64,000 nucleotides of DNA. It comes from Octopus vulgaris. Its lineage: Eukaryota. Shown piece by piece: positions 52,052-64,000 of the stretch. Below the pieces are notes generated by a model that saw only the letters and a program-made list of their open reading frames with translations, searched no databases and was not told the DNA's origin. Position 1 is the stretch's first letter. Every line of letters starts with the position of its first letter. The position numbers and the translations under genes are program-made. The stretch covers positions 54,622,001-54,686,000 of the forward strand of contig OX597827.1 of the NCBI GenBank assembly GCA_951406725.2, given 5' to 3'.

Positions 52052-52087
52052 CAGTACCGGTTTCAGTCATTGAGTCTTTTTCAACTG
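52052..52087 (-). ncRNA. Minimal type I hammerhead-like motif, U3-A8 core
   Basis: cag-TTGAAAA-agac-tcaat-gact-GAAA-CCGG-TA-ctg; stem I intact, one stem II mismatch. Confidence 0.6.
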
Positions 52088-52213
52088 TAAGTATGGAAAA
52101 CAATTAAACTTTGGAAAAATTAAAAGAAAAGTTTTAAAAAAATATTTGCATAGTATTCTTTTAAAAAACTTTTCTTTTAATTTTTCCAAAATTTAATTGT
52201 TTTCCTTACTTAC

Positions 52214-52248
52214 CATTGAAAAAGTCTCAATGACTGAAACCGGTACTG
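52214..52248 (+). ncRNA. Minimal type I hammerhead-like motif, U3-A8 core
   Basis: ca-TTGAAAA-agtc-tcaat-gact-GAAA-CCGG-TA-ctg; stem II perfect, stem I altered. Confidence 0.6.
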
Positions 52249-52745
52249 AAATGTTTTTTATAAAATTATTTTAGCATTTTCTACCTTGACTTTTTTCCAC
52301 ATATATCAACTCGTGTGTTCCTTTTCAACCTTATATATATATATATATATACAGTTTAGAAAGTATGATGGTAACTTTGTGTGAAAATGGTAAGCTTATT
52401 GTTCTAATTAACTCTAAGCTGCCACAATTTTACTTTCATTGTTTACAGGAAGTTGCTTTCATCGTTTACAGAAGTTGCAGAAATGAAAAATAAAAAAATG
52501 CTATTATGGCATTAAGTATAATTAAATAGAGTAGAATTAAGGTTGATGTATTATTGACATTTCCTATCAACAAACTTTCTAGCATCTCTGCACTTTCAGA
52601 TTCCTCTGGAATAAAAATAAATCTCTTTCATGAAAAACCAGTAAGGATTAGTGACTGGAAGAGCATCCGGACATAAAACTCCTGTCTCAATTACCTGCTG
52701 TCCTAGTCAAGCTAAACAGCTGATGTACTTGCGTGTATAAATGCA

Positions 52746-52909
52746 CGTTTCCACGGCTTTATCGATCGCATTCTCACCTGGAATCGATTTTTGTAATTTT
52801 TTCAAGACTTATACACGCCCTGATACCGTCGGTATCTACATATCAAATTTGAGTGCAATCAGATGGAGGATGCCTGAGATCCTAGAAGACAGACAGACAG
52901 AACGGATTT

Positions 52910-52915
<6 letters not shown>
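52746..52915 (-). mobile_element. Helitron-like 5' fragment
   Basis: Reverse complement of 51602-51790. Confidence 0.75.
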
Positions 52916-52950
<35 letters not shown>

Positions 52951-53081
52951 TAATATATATATATACATACATATATATATATATGTATTTGTATGTATGT
53001 ATATACACACATATATATATATACATCTATCTTCGTCTTTTGTTCTTTTGTAAATTCTCACTAAAAATACATATACATGTG

Positions 53082-53125
<44 letters not shown>

Positions 53126-54299
53126 TAAATGAGCTGACCGATGCTATCCATATTGAATGAATATTGCACAGATAAAAAGGCACAAAGCAAAACAAAAATA
53201 TGCTTAAATGATTTCTTCATGAAATACTCAAATATTTGGGTTTCGTTCACCCCTCTGTTCTTTGGCTTGTGGTTTCCCCTTAGTGCTTCCCAGTAACCTA
53301 GAAATGCAGTGAGGTCATAAAATATGTGCAACAAGCCTTTCCTCAAAGTTTTATAGTTAGTTTTATAGTTCTTCTTCTCTTTTTTGTTCATTTCAGAGAT
53401 ATAAAGAGTAACATTGAAGTCTCTTATAAACAGCAGGCAACTTTTTACCTTAAATCAATTCCAAGTGGCTAGCTATAAACTTCAGTATTGATAAAAAAAA
53501 AATAATAGTAATAATAAATGAAAAGAAATGAAAGCAGTTTATTGATTGTAGAGAAAAATCAGTAAAAGTTATTTAAATGTAATAGATCTAGAGATACAAA
53601 CATCAGGTCGTGGTGTGTGTGTGGGGGAATTCCCCCCCCCCCAGTTTTAACAGTAAAAGAATTGATAAACTTTTACTTTCAATGCTTTTTAAAGAAAAGT
53701 AAAATTTTTGAAAATTCTTGCATTTTTTTTCCCCCAAAATTCTAATTAATGAAAGTATCTTCAAAAAATATAAATTATACAATTTAAAACAGGGAATTTT
53801 TTTTTTTTATAAAGCATACAAAAATGAATGTTTCCTACCCCAAAGCACTTCTATAGTATTTTTCAATCTTAATCCTATAGCCATGATTGTACTGCATTGA
53901 TCTAAATAGTTTTCATTAGAACATACCATCTGGTCTGTCAGTTTATTTAGGTCAGCTAAAACTCACTAGCTAAATGTGAAATTATCTTGTTTAAGCACAC
54001 ACACACAGATGCACACACATATATGGGTATATGCTTCTCCAATTTAACTTAAATTCAAAATACAAAGCAAACATATTTCATTAAGTTGAGTTAATGTTTC
54101 AGGAGTTAAGAGCCAAAACTATACAAAACCAACCATGTTTATTGTTCAGGAACTTGAATCTTACACCAGCTATTGTTATGCTCCTCAGCAGGACTCACAG
54201 TGTTTGCTTCTTCTTTTGTGCATGTGCACACATGCATGAATACGCAAACACACTCCCTCTCTCTCATATTATTTAACTTTTAAAGTCCTATAATGCATA

Positions 54300-55040
54300 A
54301 CTGCTGCTGTTACTGAGTTATCCACCACATGTAACAGAAATTCAAATGGTGTTGTTTTGGGCCCAGAACACCAATGAAACGTCCTCTTTTCTGAGGAGGT
54401 AAGTTTAATCCCAGAAAAATCTTCCTCCAAGTTTTTCAAGTGGCTCAGTGTATTGTTTGCTATTCACAGTACAGCCATGTTCCAAAACATCAAGGGAGAG
54501 GATATTCTTGTTATCTCCCAAAACAGTTACCATGACTTTATTCGAGCTGCTGATTCTTGAACTTCTTAGGTCTTCGAGAAGAGGTATGTCATCATTCTAT
54601 GGACTGAGCTTTATTTCCAGGTTGTAATGAAATGCCCACATTTCATCCCCTATTACCTGATCAGCAGCAAAAAAAAAAATGCCTTCATTAGTTTCAAATA
54701 CTTCCAGCAAATCAGAGCAGACTTTCACTCTTTTCTTTTTCATGTTTGTTAGTCTTGACCATCTCCCTGGATACTCCAATGATTTCCCATGAGCACACCA
54801 TCCATTACAGTCCCCCATGCATGTTCTAAATTCATTGACATTTGCCTTTCCACTATCCTGAAGCAAATTGTCCGCATTGGTTAGCTGTTTTTTTCCTCTG
54901 TTGATTTTTTCCTTCAATTGGCTGCCACAAGACCAGTTGACTTACAGATTCTTCTGGGTGCCTGTTGCAATGAGCAGTAATTCTCTTTCGAATCAGGTGT
55001 CTACTGTCAAGGTACCCAATTTGCACACATTTTTCAGTGT
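54300..55040 (-). pseudogene. Mariner transposase relic
   Basis: KRVKVCSDLL...VIGDEMWAFHYNLEIK (GDETW motif), RRPKKFK, KVMVTV, VLEHGCTVNSKQY. Confidence 0.85.
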
Positions 55041-55329
55041 TCAGAACAACAACAACAGCAGGAACAACAAAACAAGCTTCCTAGCTTATGTGAAAAATGA
55101 GTTTCCAAAATTGTACCCATTTATGTGAGAAATGAGTTCCCAAATATATCCATTTTTCCATGCTTACATGGGTAGGATGGACTTTCTTGAGGCAGATTCT
55201 CTGTGGTCAGATGCATTCTCTGTTGTGATCACCCACCTGCTTCCCAGTAAGGATCAAGTGCATGAAATGTGACACATCTGTCTGTCTGCATATAAATCCT
55301 TCCACTTTATGCTGATTCATGCTAGTGGT

Positions 55330-55535
55330 TGCATATGATGGTTTCTTACAGTGTGGTTTGTCTTCAGTACTGATTTTCTCAACTTCAAACTTCTTCATTC
55401 ATCTGTTCACATTGTTTTTGTCAATAATGTCATCGCCGTGAAAAAAACCCAAAAAACCTGTAGCTTTCGATAGAACGTCAGACTGCCTGCACTCTTCCTT
55501 CATCAAGAACTCAATGATAACCTGTTGCTTCCATT
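55330..55535 (-). pseudogene. Mariner transposase N-terminal relic
   Basis: QQVIIEFLMKEE...HGDDIIDKNNVNR*MKKFEVEKISTEDKPH. Confidence 0.7.
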
Positions 55536-56619
55536 TAGAACCCATTATTTGCCTGCAGTGAAGAATAGGAAGAAGAGTTACACTACCAACATGTGCATTT
55601 TAAATAACCTATTTCCGTTAATAAAAAAGTTATGCTCGCTTTTAATTACTTTCGATATAACCCTTTATAACCCTTGTATATCTGTAATAAAACCTTTATA
55701 TAAGGTTGTAATTTCGTTTTCACAATCTGCCAAGAAGTGTATTTAATGCTTAGATTATCCTATTAACCTTTCCTAGAATTCTTTTCTTAAATTCTTTATA
55801 TTTTGTCTAACTAGTCATAAACCATACAACGTGTCAGAATGAGGAAAATTCTTCATTGAAAGTGAACATCAACAACAAACCAACCATAACTGAATCTAGA
55901 GGAAATGTAGAAGAAAGCAAAAAAATTTAAAAAACATCTTTGAGTTGATAGTTTTTAAATGGGTACAATTTTGGAAACTCATTTCTCACATAAGCTAAGA
56001 AGCTTGTTTTGTTGCTCCTGCTGTTGTTGTTGTTGTTGTTGTTGCTGATGTTTCTTTCTTTCTTTTATATTGTTTGGTTTTTAACATTATTTTGTTTTGG
56101 TATTCAGAAACAGAAAAATACAATCATAAGGAGAATAATAGTCAGATGGAAAATATTTTAAGCTATTATACCACTTTCAAAGTAGCTCTGCAAACCTTCA
56201 GTGCTCACCTGATGATGGTGTAATAATATGCAGGCTGTATTTCAGTTATGGCTAGGATGTAAACAAGTAAATGTAAATGTGTGTGTGTATGTGTGCGGTG
56301 GAAATTATTTATATTTTGGTAATGTGATGTTTCAATTAATAACGTTCTATGGTCCTTTCAAGTTTGAAATTTAATCTATTACTGTGATAGTATAGCTCTT
56401 ATTTATTCAAATATGAAAACTAGCTTCTCTAACTGGTTAGTGCATGAGTTAGCATCATGACTTGTTACTGGTGATCTGTTATATAAAGGTTGTAAAAGTT
56501 GGCACTTGCTATTAAGTTATAATAATGTAAATCCAGGTGTCTTCATTAGTGAGTAATAGAATATCCAAAGAGTTTCAAGAATAGCCAATAAAAAAACCTG
56601 CAAAACACAAAACACCCGT

Positions 56620-57090
56620 ATATAATTATGAAGTGTGGAAGGACAGAGGAGCAACGTTTTAGACAGTAGTTCTTCACCAAGAGAAAATCAGAGACCAGAA
56701 AAGGAAAAGAATGTTAGGTGAAAATAGTGCTGTTTATAACTAAAATTGTATGGTGAAGGAAAGAACGGAATTGGATAAATTGTTTTATTTTTAAAAGAAT
56801 GACAGCTGGGAAATATAGTAAGAAGAGTATAGATAGCTTTAAGCACAGGGTTAAAGGCATGTTATGTGTGTGTGTGTATGAATGTATGAACAAGTCTTAA
56901 TAGACTGTATTTGAGTGTGTGTATAGTGACAAGGTTGAAATGCACATGAAGTTTTTATCAGTGTATGGTTGTGTTAAAGAAAGCAGTGGTATTGATGGTA
57001 AGCAATACAATAATGAATCTGATTTAGATGGGCTGTTTTAAGATGGAAAATTAATTGTTGTTCATGATGCAAGTGATCACAGGAGATCCA
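56620..57090 (-). mobile_element. Penelope-like element 3' end (GIY-YIG tail plus decayed hammerhead)
   Basis: EQQLIFHLKTAHLNQIH resembles EQ.LIF.L.T..P.G.N; TTGGTGA-aga...tct-AAAACGTT at 56653-56680. Confidence 0.6.
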
Positions 57091-57100
57091 GGATATAGAA

Positions 57101-57170
57101 CAGTGGTTCCCAACCTGTGGTCTGCAGACCCCTAGTGGTCTGCAAAGGTAGTACTGGGGGTCCATGGACT
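57101..57170 (+). mobile_element. hAT terminal fragment
   Basis: CAGTGGTTCCCAACCTGTGGTC. Confidence 0.65.
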
Positions 57171-57199
57171 AAATTCAAAATTTCATATATATATATATC

Positions 57200-57410
57200 A
57201 TCATCATTGTCATCATCATCATCATCATTTAACATCCATCTTCCATGCTAGTATGGGTGGGACAGTACCACAAGAGCCAGCCAAACCAAAGCTTTGACCA
57301 GATTTCTGTGACTGTTTTGACAGGATTTTTACAGCTGGATGCCCTTCCTAACACCAACCACTTTACAATGTGGATTGGATGCACTGATAGGATCACCAAG
57401 TACTTGCAAG
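57200..57410 (-). mobile_element. RTE-type 3' fragment
   Basis: (CAT)n followed by the family motif. Confidence 0.7.
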
Positions 57411-57509
57411 ACATAAAAAAAAAAACTTTTAAACAGGGAGTAGGCATTGGAGGTGGTGATGATGAAAGGTTATAGTGAGACAGGACAGATACATACATGA
57501 ATATACACA

Positions 57510-57760
57510 TCATCATCATCATCATCATCATCGTTTAACGTCCGTTTTCCGCGCTAGCACGGGTTGGACGGTTTCGACCGGGGTCTGGGGAGCTCGGGAC
57601 TGCCCCAGGCTCCAGTCTAGTCTGGCAGTGTTTCTACAGCTGGATGCCCTTCCTAACGCCAACCACTCCGCGAGTGTAGTGGGTGTTTTTACGTGCCACC
57701 TGCACAGGTGCCAGAGGGGTCTGGCATCGGCCACGTTCGGATGGTGCTTTTTATGTGGGG
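57510..57760 (-). mobile_element. RTE-type 3' fragment, CpG-rich
   Basis: (CAT)n CGTTTAACGTCC... family motif. Confidence 0.75.
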
Positions 57761-58013
57761 GGGGGGGTATGCAGAAATATATAGGAGAGCACCAGTGGGG
57801 AGGGGTGGTTCAGAGAAATGATGACAGGTTCTAGGCAAGTAGAACGTAGGATATCAAGAGAGGGTAATGCATGGTGAAATAGCGTGTTGAAGAGGGGGGT
57901 TCGAAGAGTAGACACCTATAATGGTGGTGGGAGAAGCGACATCCGGTATAGATGGAACAAAAATATAGAGATATCCGGTATTGGTGGTGGGGGTGGGCAA
58001 GGGCGGGTGCACC

Positions 58014-58710
58014 GGGAATATGCGAAGGTTGAACTTTAGAGAAACGGGCGGGAATGGCGATGTTTTTAGGGTGGCATGTAGAAAGAAAAGGAAAGCAAAG
58101 CAGATTGGTGGTTATAAGTTCAAAACATTTAAACGGTAGACAAATGTATGTATGTATGTATGAAAAAAGAAGGGAGAAATCTTAGCCTGCTCATGGACAT
58201 CGCTGTAAGCCAGGGGAAGAAATGATAGTGAATGGTGGAGATCGAATTAAAGGGAATATGCGAAGGTTGAACTTTTAGAGAAACGGGCGGGAATGGCGAT
58301 GTTTTTAGGGTGGCATGTAGAAAGAAAAGGAAAGCAAAGCAGATTGGTGGTTATAAGTTCAAAACATTTAAACGGTAGACAAATGTATGTATGTATGTAT
58401 GAAAAAAGAAGGGAGAAATCTTAGCCTGCTCATGGACATCGCTGTAAGCCAGGGGAAGAAATGATAGTGAATGGTGGAGATCGAATTAAAGGGAATATGC
58501 GAAGGTTGAACTTTTAGAGAAACGGGCGGGAATGGCGATGTTTTTAGGGTGGCATGTAGAAAGAAAAGGAAAGCAAAGCAGATTGGTGGTTATAAGTTCA
58601 AAACATTTAAACGGTAGACAAATGTATGTATGTATGTATGAAAAAAGAAGGGAGAAATCTTAGCCTGCTCATGGACATCGCTGTAAGCCAGGGGAAGAAA
58701 TGATAGTGAA
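58014..58710. repeat. Tandem repeat, 238-239-bp unit, ~2.9 copies
   Basis: Units start at 58014, 58252 and 58491; only a 1-nt T-run difference seen. Confidence 0.97.
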
Positions 58711-58959
58711 ACACATACATATACACACACACATAAGGATAAGCATATTAAAATGGGTCTTTGATAGTGAAAACGGGAACCACTAGTATAGAACAATACT
58801 GCAGACAAAATACGAGTGAGCATTTCGTCTGAAACACCATTTTATACCATCCATTCTCCATTATACATATGTATGCACACATTTACACATTTCCCTACAC
58901 ACACACACGCACACACATACACACATATCCTTACAAACACATAGACTTCTTTACATGCA

Positions 58960-59265
58960 CATACTCACACATACACATATAGCAGGCCCCTTCTCTCCTG
59001 TAAACCAGTTCTTAAACCAATCCATGGCCTTCTGGGTTATTTCCCTTTGCTGTCACTGTTTTGAATGTAAAACATTAGTTCACTCAGTTCTTTCCTATTC
59101 ACTTCCATTCTTTCAGTCACCTTGGTGCTTTAGCTGTAAATAACACTACTTTTTATGTAACATTTTTTTTCACTTATTTATTTATTTGTTGCATTTGATG
59201 AAGTACTATTATCAGAAACGTTGCATTCTTCTCTGTTGCATTCCTACACAGTGTAATTACTTACT
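58960..59265 (+). mobile_element. Penelope-like pLTR relic with decayed hammerhead (59191-59226)
   Basis: Diverged inverted match to 56620-56870; TTGATGA...GAAACGTT. Confidence 0.5.
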
Positions 59266-60403
59266 TTGTGCTATTCAGTTATAGCTAGCAGCTACAGATG
59301 AGGCTTCTTATATACTTGGAGAAATTAAATTTGTTATTTAGAGAATGAAAAGAAATCTTGATCTTCTCACAGCTTTCAAATCATTTAGATTAACTGTCAA
59401 TCTAAACTGATTAAAAAACAATATATTTGATAAGTGTATTATTTCCAAATATTCTGAAAGAGCTTCATTTGAGATTTCGAAATAAGAAATTGCTGGAGGT
59501 CTCCCCATATTTTGCGTATTACTGAGATACAATATTAGTAATTTGAGCAGCTTACATAGGTATTATTAAACTTAAGAGAAGTTGCTGTGGATTATTGATG
59601 ATATATAGTTATATCCTCCTCAACATCATTATATCCATTTTTCTATGCTTACATGAGTGGGATGAACTTTTTTGAGGGGTATTTTCTGTGGTCAGATGCC
59701 CTCTCTGTCGTGAACACCCACCTGCTTCCCAGTAAGGAAATATTTTCCCTGTGTCCAGACAGGTTTTTGCAGAATATTGGAAATTAATGACACCACTTGT
59801 ATGACTAATGTTAATTTATAACTATTTACACAATGTCAAAACAAAGCAATTCAAACACACACACATTTACATATAATCTACTAAATAAATGAGTGTATGT
59901 GTGTATGTATGTGGACATGTTATGGAAAGGCTCAGAAATGGTGCCTCCTTGACAAAAACAGATTTGATTTTTATTTTCAAAACCTGCATCCCCAAAAACA
60001 AGGTTTTTGGTTAAAATTAATCAAAGGATAGAATTTGCTATGAGAAATATATAATCAAATCTACCACTCTCTATTTGTCTCTCTCTGTTTCCCATCTCTT
60101 TACATATTTACCACATTCTTTTACACTCTCTTCCTTTGTATATGTATATCTCTCACACATGCTCTCTCCCTCCCTCTCTCTCTGTTTCTCTTGATATCAC
60201 ATGTAATTGCTTTCATTTTAATTTTTTTTAACTTTATCATATTTTACGTTCATTTCGTGATAGACAGCTATCATGCAGAAAATGATAGCTTTTAAATTCT
60301 GTTTTCTGATTAAATAAAAATTATCATGCTTTAAAACCTCTGTAACATTGTCAGCAAATCATCCTTTTATAAAGACATGCCTTGGTAAATTTCATTTATA
60401 AAT

Positions 60404-60808
60404 AGGCACAGGCATGGTTGTGTGGTAAGAAGCTTGCTTCCCAACCACATGGTTCAGGGTTCAATGCCACTGCATGGTGTATTGGGCAAGTGTCTTCTAC
60501 TATAGCCTCAAGCCAACCATAGCCTTGTGAGTGAATTTGGTAGATAGAGACTGAAAGAATCCCATCCTATATATATATGTGTGTGTGTGTGTGTGTCTTT
60601 GTGTCTGTGTTTGTCCCCTCATCACCACTTGGCAACTGGTGTTGGTGTGTTTACATCCCTGTAACTTAACAGTTTGGCAAAAGAGTCCAATATAATGAAT
60701 ACTAAGCTTAACAATAAATAAGTACTGGAGTTGATTCATTCAACTAAAAATTCTTTAAGGCAGTGCCCCAGATTGGCCACAGTCTAATGACTGAAACAAG
60801 TAAAAGAT
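60404..60808 (+). mobile_element. CORE-like SINE
   Basis: Family match. Confidence 0.9.
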
Positions 60809-61204
60809 AGATGTGTATAGTTGTAAAAATTTAATTCATAACTTTTATTCTTCACCTTTTAACATTCAGATTTTTCTGTCGAGTGTATTGTTTTGAATTA
60901 ATCATGCATTATCTTGTAGCTTCAAGATTTTGATGAAGTGATTGTTTATCTTTAGAATGACATTGTATGTTGGTGTGAGAGGTTAAATCTGGCCAGTTTA
61001 ACACACAATAGGTTGAATCTTTGGGCTGGATATGGTTTGCTGACAAAGTCCATCTGTAATTAAACACACAATTTGGTTATATCATTTACAAGCTAGCTGG
61101 AGGAGCCTGTATGTAATCACACAACCTGCTAAAAATAGTAGCCAATTCTCCCTTAAATCAAACTCAAAAGACTGTATAAAAGGAAAAACATATCAGAAGA
61201 GCAA

Positions 61205-61575
61205 AACGCCCCCCTCCCATACCCCGTCTAATGGCCGGTGCTGAGTTGTCAAACATTTAAATGAAGTTTTCTCAAAACAACTTGTCTGACCATCCCATAG
61301 GCCTCCCCTTTGAGAAACACTGATTTAACCTAAATTTGAGATACCAGCAAAAGAAGAAATAAAGATAGACTTTTTTTCTATTCCAAAGATAAACGATTTC
61401 CCACGGCTTTATCGATTGCATTCTCACCTGGAATCGATTTTTGTAATTTTTTCAAGACTTATACATGCCCTGATACCGTTGGTATCTACATATCAAATTT
61501 GAGCGCAATTGGATGGAGGGTTTCCAAGATCCTAGAAGCCACACACACACACACACACAGAATGGATTTTAAATA
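61205..61575 (-). mobile_element. Helitron-like 5' fragment
   Basis: Reverse complement of 51602-51975. Confidence 0.75.
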
Positions 61576-62028
61576 AGAGATAATGTGGTCCAAAAGATGG
61601 GAGTGTCATGGCTGGAATAGTTTTCATCACAAGTCTAAAAGGTTAAAGGTGTAGATTTTTTTTTTTTAGTACAGTAACTGTTTATAGACATTTACAGTTT
61701 TGATTTGAAACTAAAATAAGCAAGCTAAAAATATAAAGAAATGTAGGAAAATCATTGAATTTGTTTTTTTGTTTTTTTTTAGTAACAGTTTTATCCAACA
61801 ATTTCCTTCTAACATTCTCATTGGTTCAATGTTTTGTATATGGAATGCAAAACCTCTTTCTATAGCTATGTATTTTAAAGGCCATTAACCTTATCTTGCT
61901 TAGCACTTAACATATTTGCATGTATATATAGTGCAGTTGTGGTTACTATAGCTGTTAAGAAAAAACAAGGGCAGCCTTTGACTTTTGGTACCTAAAAGGT
62001 TTTTTAACCCAATGTTCACATGCTATTA

Positions 62029-62400
62029 CCGTAAATCCTCGAGTATAATCCGCATTTTTTCCTCAAAATTTAAAGGTCAAAATCCCTTGTGCATACTATA
62101 TACGAGGTTAAAAATGAAAATTATTTTCTAAGCAATGTCCGAGTCTCTATTTGCTGTCCGGCAATGTTTATTCAGACACATTTTGTGATGTCGGGTGCGA
62201 AAATACCTTAAATCATCTATAACTTGCAGTTAGCAACATTTACTAAACATTATTACTGTTATTTCTTTATTTTCTGCAAACAAAATGCACAGAAAAGCTA
62301 CACGTTTGCATTATGTTATATATACAATAATAATAAAGGACGTTACCTCAGACTATACTTGAGGATTTACAGTATTTATACTTTTATCTGTTTCAAGTTC
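62029..62400 (+). mobile_element. Tc1/mariner (pogo/Tc2-like) terminal fragment
   Basis: TA|CCGTAAATCCTCGAGTATAATCCGC terminus; other end not found, right boundary uncertain. Confidence 0.55.
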
Positions 62401-62967
62401 CACCATTCCAAAAAAGAAAAAGAAAAAGACCTCTTTGGGTAGTTGTCGAGAAGTAGAAAATGAAGTGGTTGGTTTTGTAATACAAACAGTAGGACATCTA
62501 CTATTAGGGAATATAGTTATTCATAGACAATGTCTCTTCCTTGGTACAAGTAGGGGGTAGTTGAGTAACACCTTAGAATAAACAGTGGAAGATGGCAGTA
62601 AACTTGATTTTGACTATTGACTGAGAAAGCTGGAGGGAGGTGTAAGTTGTTCCGCTTGCTGTATGCCTTCAGAATATGGGTTTTATATGTGGGCTATGGG
62701 TTTTATTTGCAGGCTGTGGGTTTTAAATGCATGCTAAGGGTTTTGAATGCTTGAACATTTCTATAATTTTGAAAACATATTTTTTTTAAACCTTTATTCT
62801 TGTTTATGTTCAATTATCATATTTTGAATTGATGCATACACATACATATGCACTCACATGCACACACATATGTATACACATACATGCACACACATTCCCA
62901 TGTACACAGACACATACTTATGATAGGTTTCTGCAGTTTCCAATGACTGAAATTTGCTCAAAGGATA

Positions 62968-63420
62968 TGGCAGAGTTCATAGCATGCCTGGTGAAATGCT
63001 TAGCAGTATTTCATCCGCCGCTACGTTCTGAGTTCAAATTCCGCCGAGGTCGACTTTGCCTTTCATCCTTTCGGGGTCGATAAATTAAGTACCAGTGACA
63101 CACTGGGGTTGATGTAATCGACTTAATCCCTTTGTTTGTCCCCTCTATGTTTAGCCCCTTGTAAGCAATAAAGAAATAAGAAACTGGAAGAAGCTCATCA
63201 TATATATAAATGTGTGTATGTGTGTATCTTTGTGTATATGTTTGTCCCCCACCACTGTTTGACAACTGCACTTGGTGTGTTTACGTCCCCATAACTTGGT
63301 GATTTGGCAAAAGAGACCAATAGAATTTACAAAAAGATAAATACTGGTGTTGATTTATTGGATTTAAAGTTCTTCAAGTCAGTGCCCCATTATGGCTGCA
63401 GTCTAATGACTGAAACAAGA
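62968..63420 (+). mobile_element. Meta-like SINE joined to the 3' half of a CORE-like SINE
   Basis: ...AAAGAAATAAG then AAACTGGAAGAAGCTCATC at ~63180. Confidence 0.85.
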
Positions 63421-64000
63421 AAAAAAAATGTATTGCAAGTTAGTAGCAGTATGGGGTTTGACTTGGGTGATAAAAGGAGTTTATACATAAACATCATTAT
63501 AGTAAGGTTTGATTTTATAGTTACTTACTGTGTTCTACCTCTTGTAACATTGGACATGGAATGAATTGAAAAATTTATGATGGAATAATGTGAAATGGTG
63601 GCATAGAGCTACTTACTTACTCTGACATGAATAACAAGGGAGCTTTTCTATGTTCACTTAACCTATTAGAAAGAAACAGCAGGCAGATCTCCTTCAGTCA
63701 AACCTACCAGCTTAAGAAGAGTACATTAGGTATTGTCACCCAAGATCTTCATTAAAAAACAAAATGGTCGTGGTTGGAATGCTTTGGGTCCAATCAATAC
63801 TAAGATTAAGATTGCTAAGACTTGTCCATAAAGTTGGCTGTCAGCAGTTAACAGGAAAAAAAGATCAAGAAGAGAGACAAAGAGAGAGAGAATTCTATTG
63901 TTATGTAAGTAAAATATTTATGACAATATATATATGATATAGATTTATGGTATACAAAATATTTATGACACTGATAGAACTATTAGTTATCTCTTTAAAT

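Larger units (their letters stand above)
52001..52330. mobile_element. Palindromic Penelope-like cassette in a (TA)n tract with two opposed hammerhead-like motifs
   Basis: Inverted repeat 52006-52295; motifs at 52052-52087 (-) and 52214-52248 (+). Confidence 0.7.

Noticed and set aside
58014-58710. CRISPR-like array
   Set aside because: Head-to-tail identical units with no spacers, in eukaryotic DNA

Overview
AT-rich, repeat-dense eukaryotic DNA. The tRNA-derived SINE families, (TA)n/(CA)n tracts and TE mix look like an Octopus genome (inferred from repeat recognition, not a database search). Nearly all ORFs in the supplied track are microsatellite or SINE artefacts. The only host coding sequence I can support is a 34-nt candidate first coding exon (7749-7782, MGNTSSSQNNK, N-myristoylation motif, GT donor) with an in-frame uORF just upstream. 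The following ~56 kb looks like one long intron full of nested TEs: three SINE types, a rearranged Gypsy with a solo LTR, hAT/piggyBac/Merlin/mariner/Helitron relics and RTE/CR1/R4 LINE fragments; a non-autonomous LTR element lies upstream (181-3885). The most interesting signal is a set of minimal type I hammerhead-ribozyme-like motifs in Penelope-type cassettes, two of them set in (TA)n tracts. One is a ~290-bp palindrome with a hammerhead on each strand and a compensatory U3-A8 core. Coordinates were read by eye, so degraded element ends are approximate.
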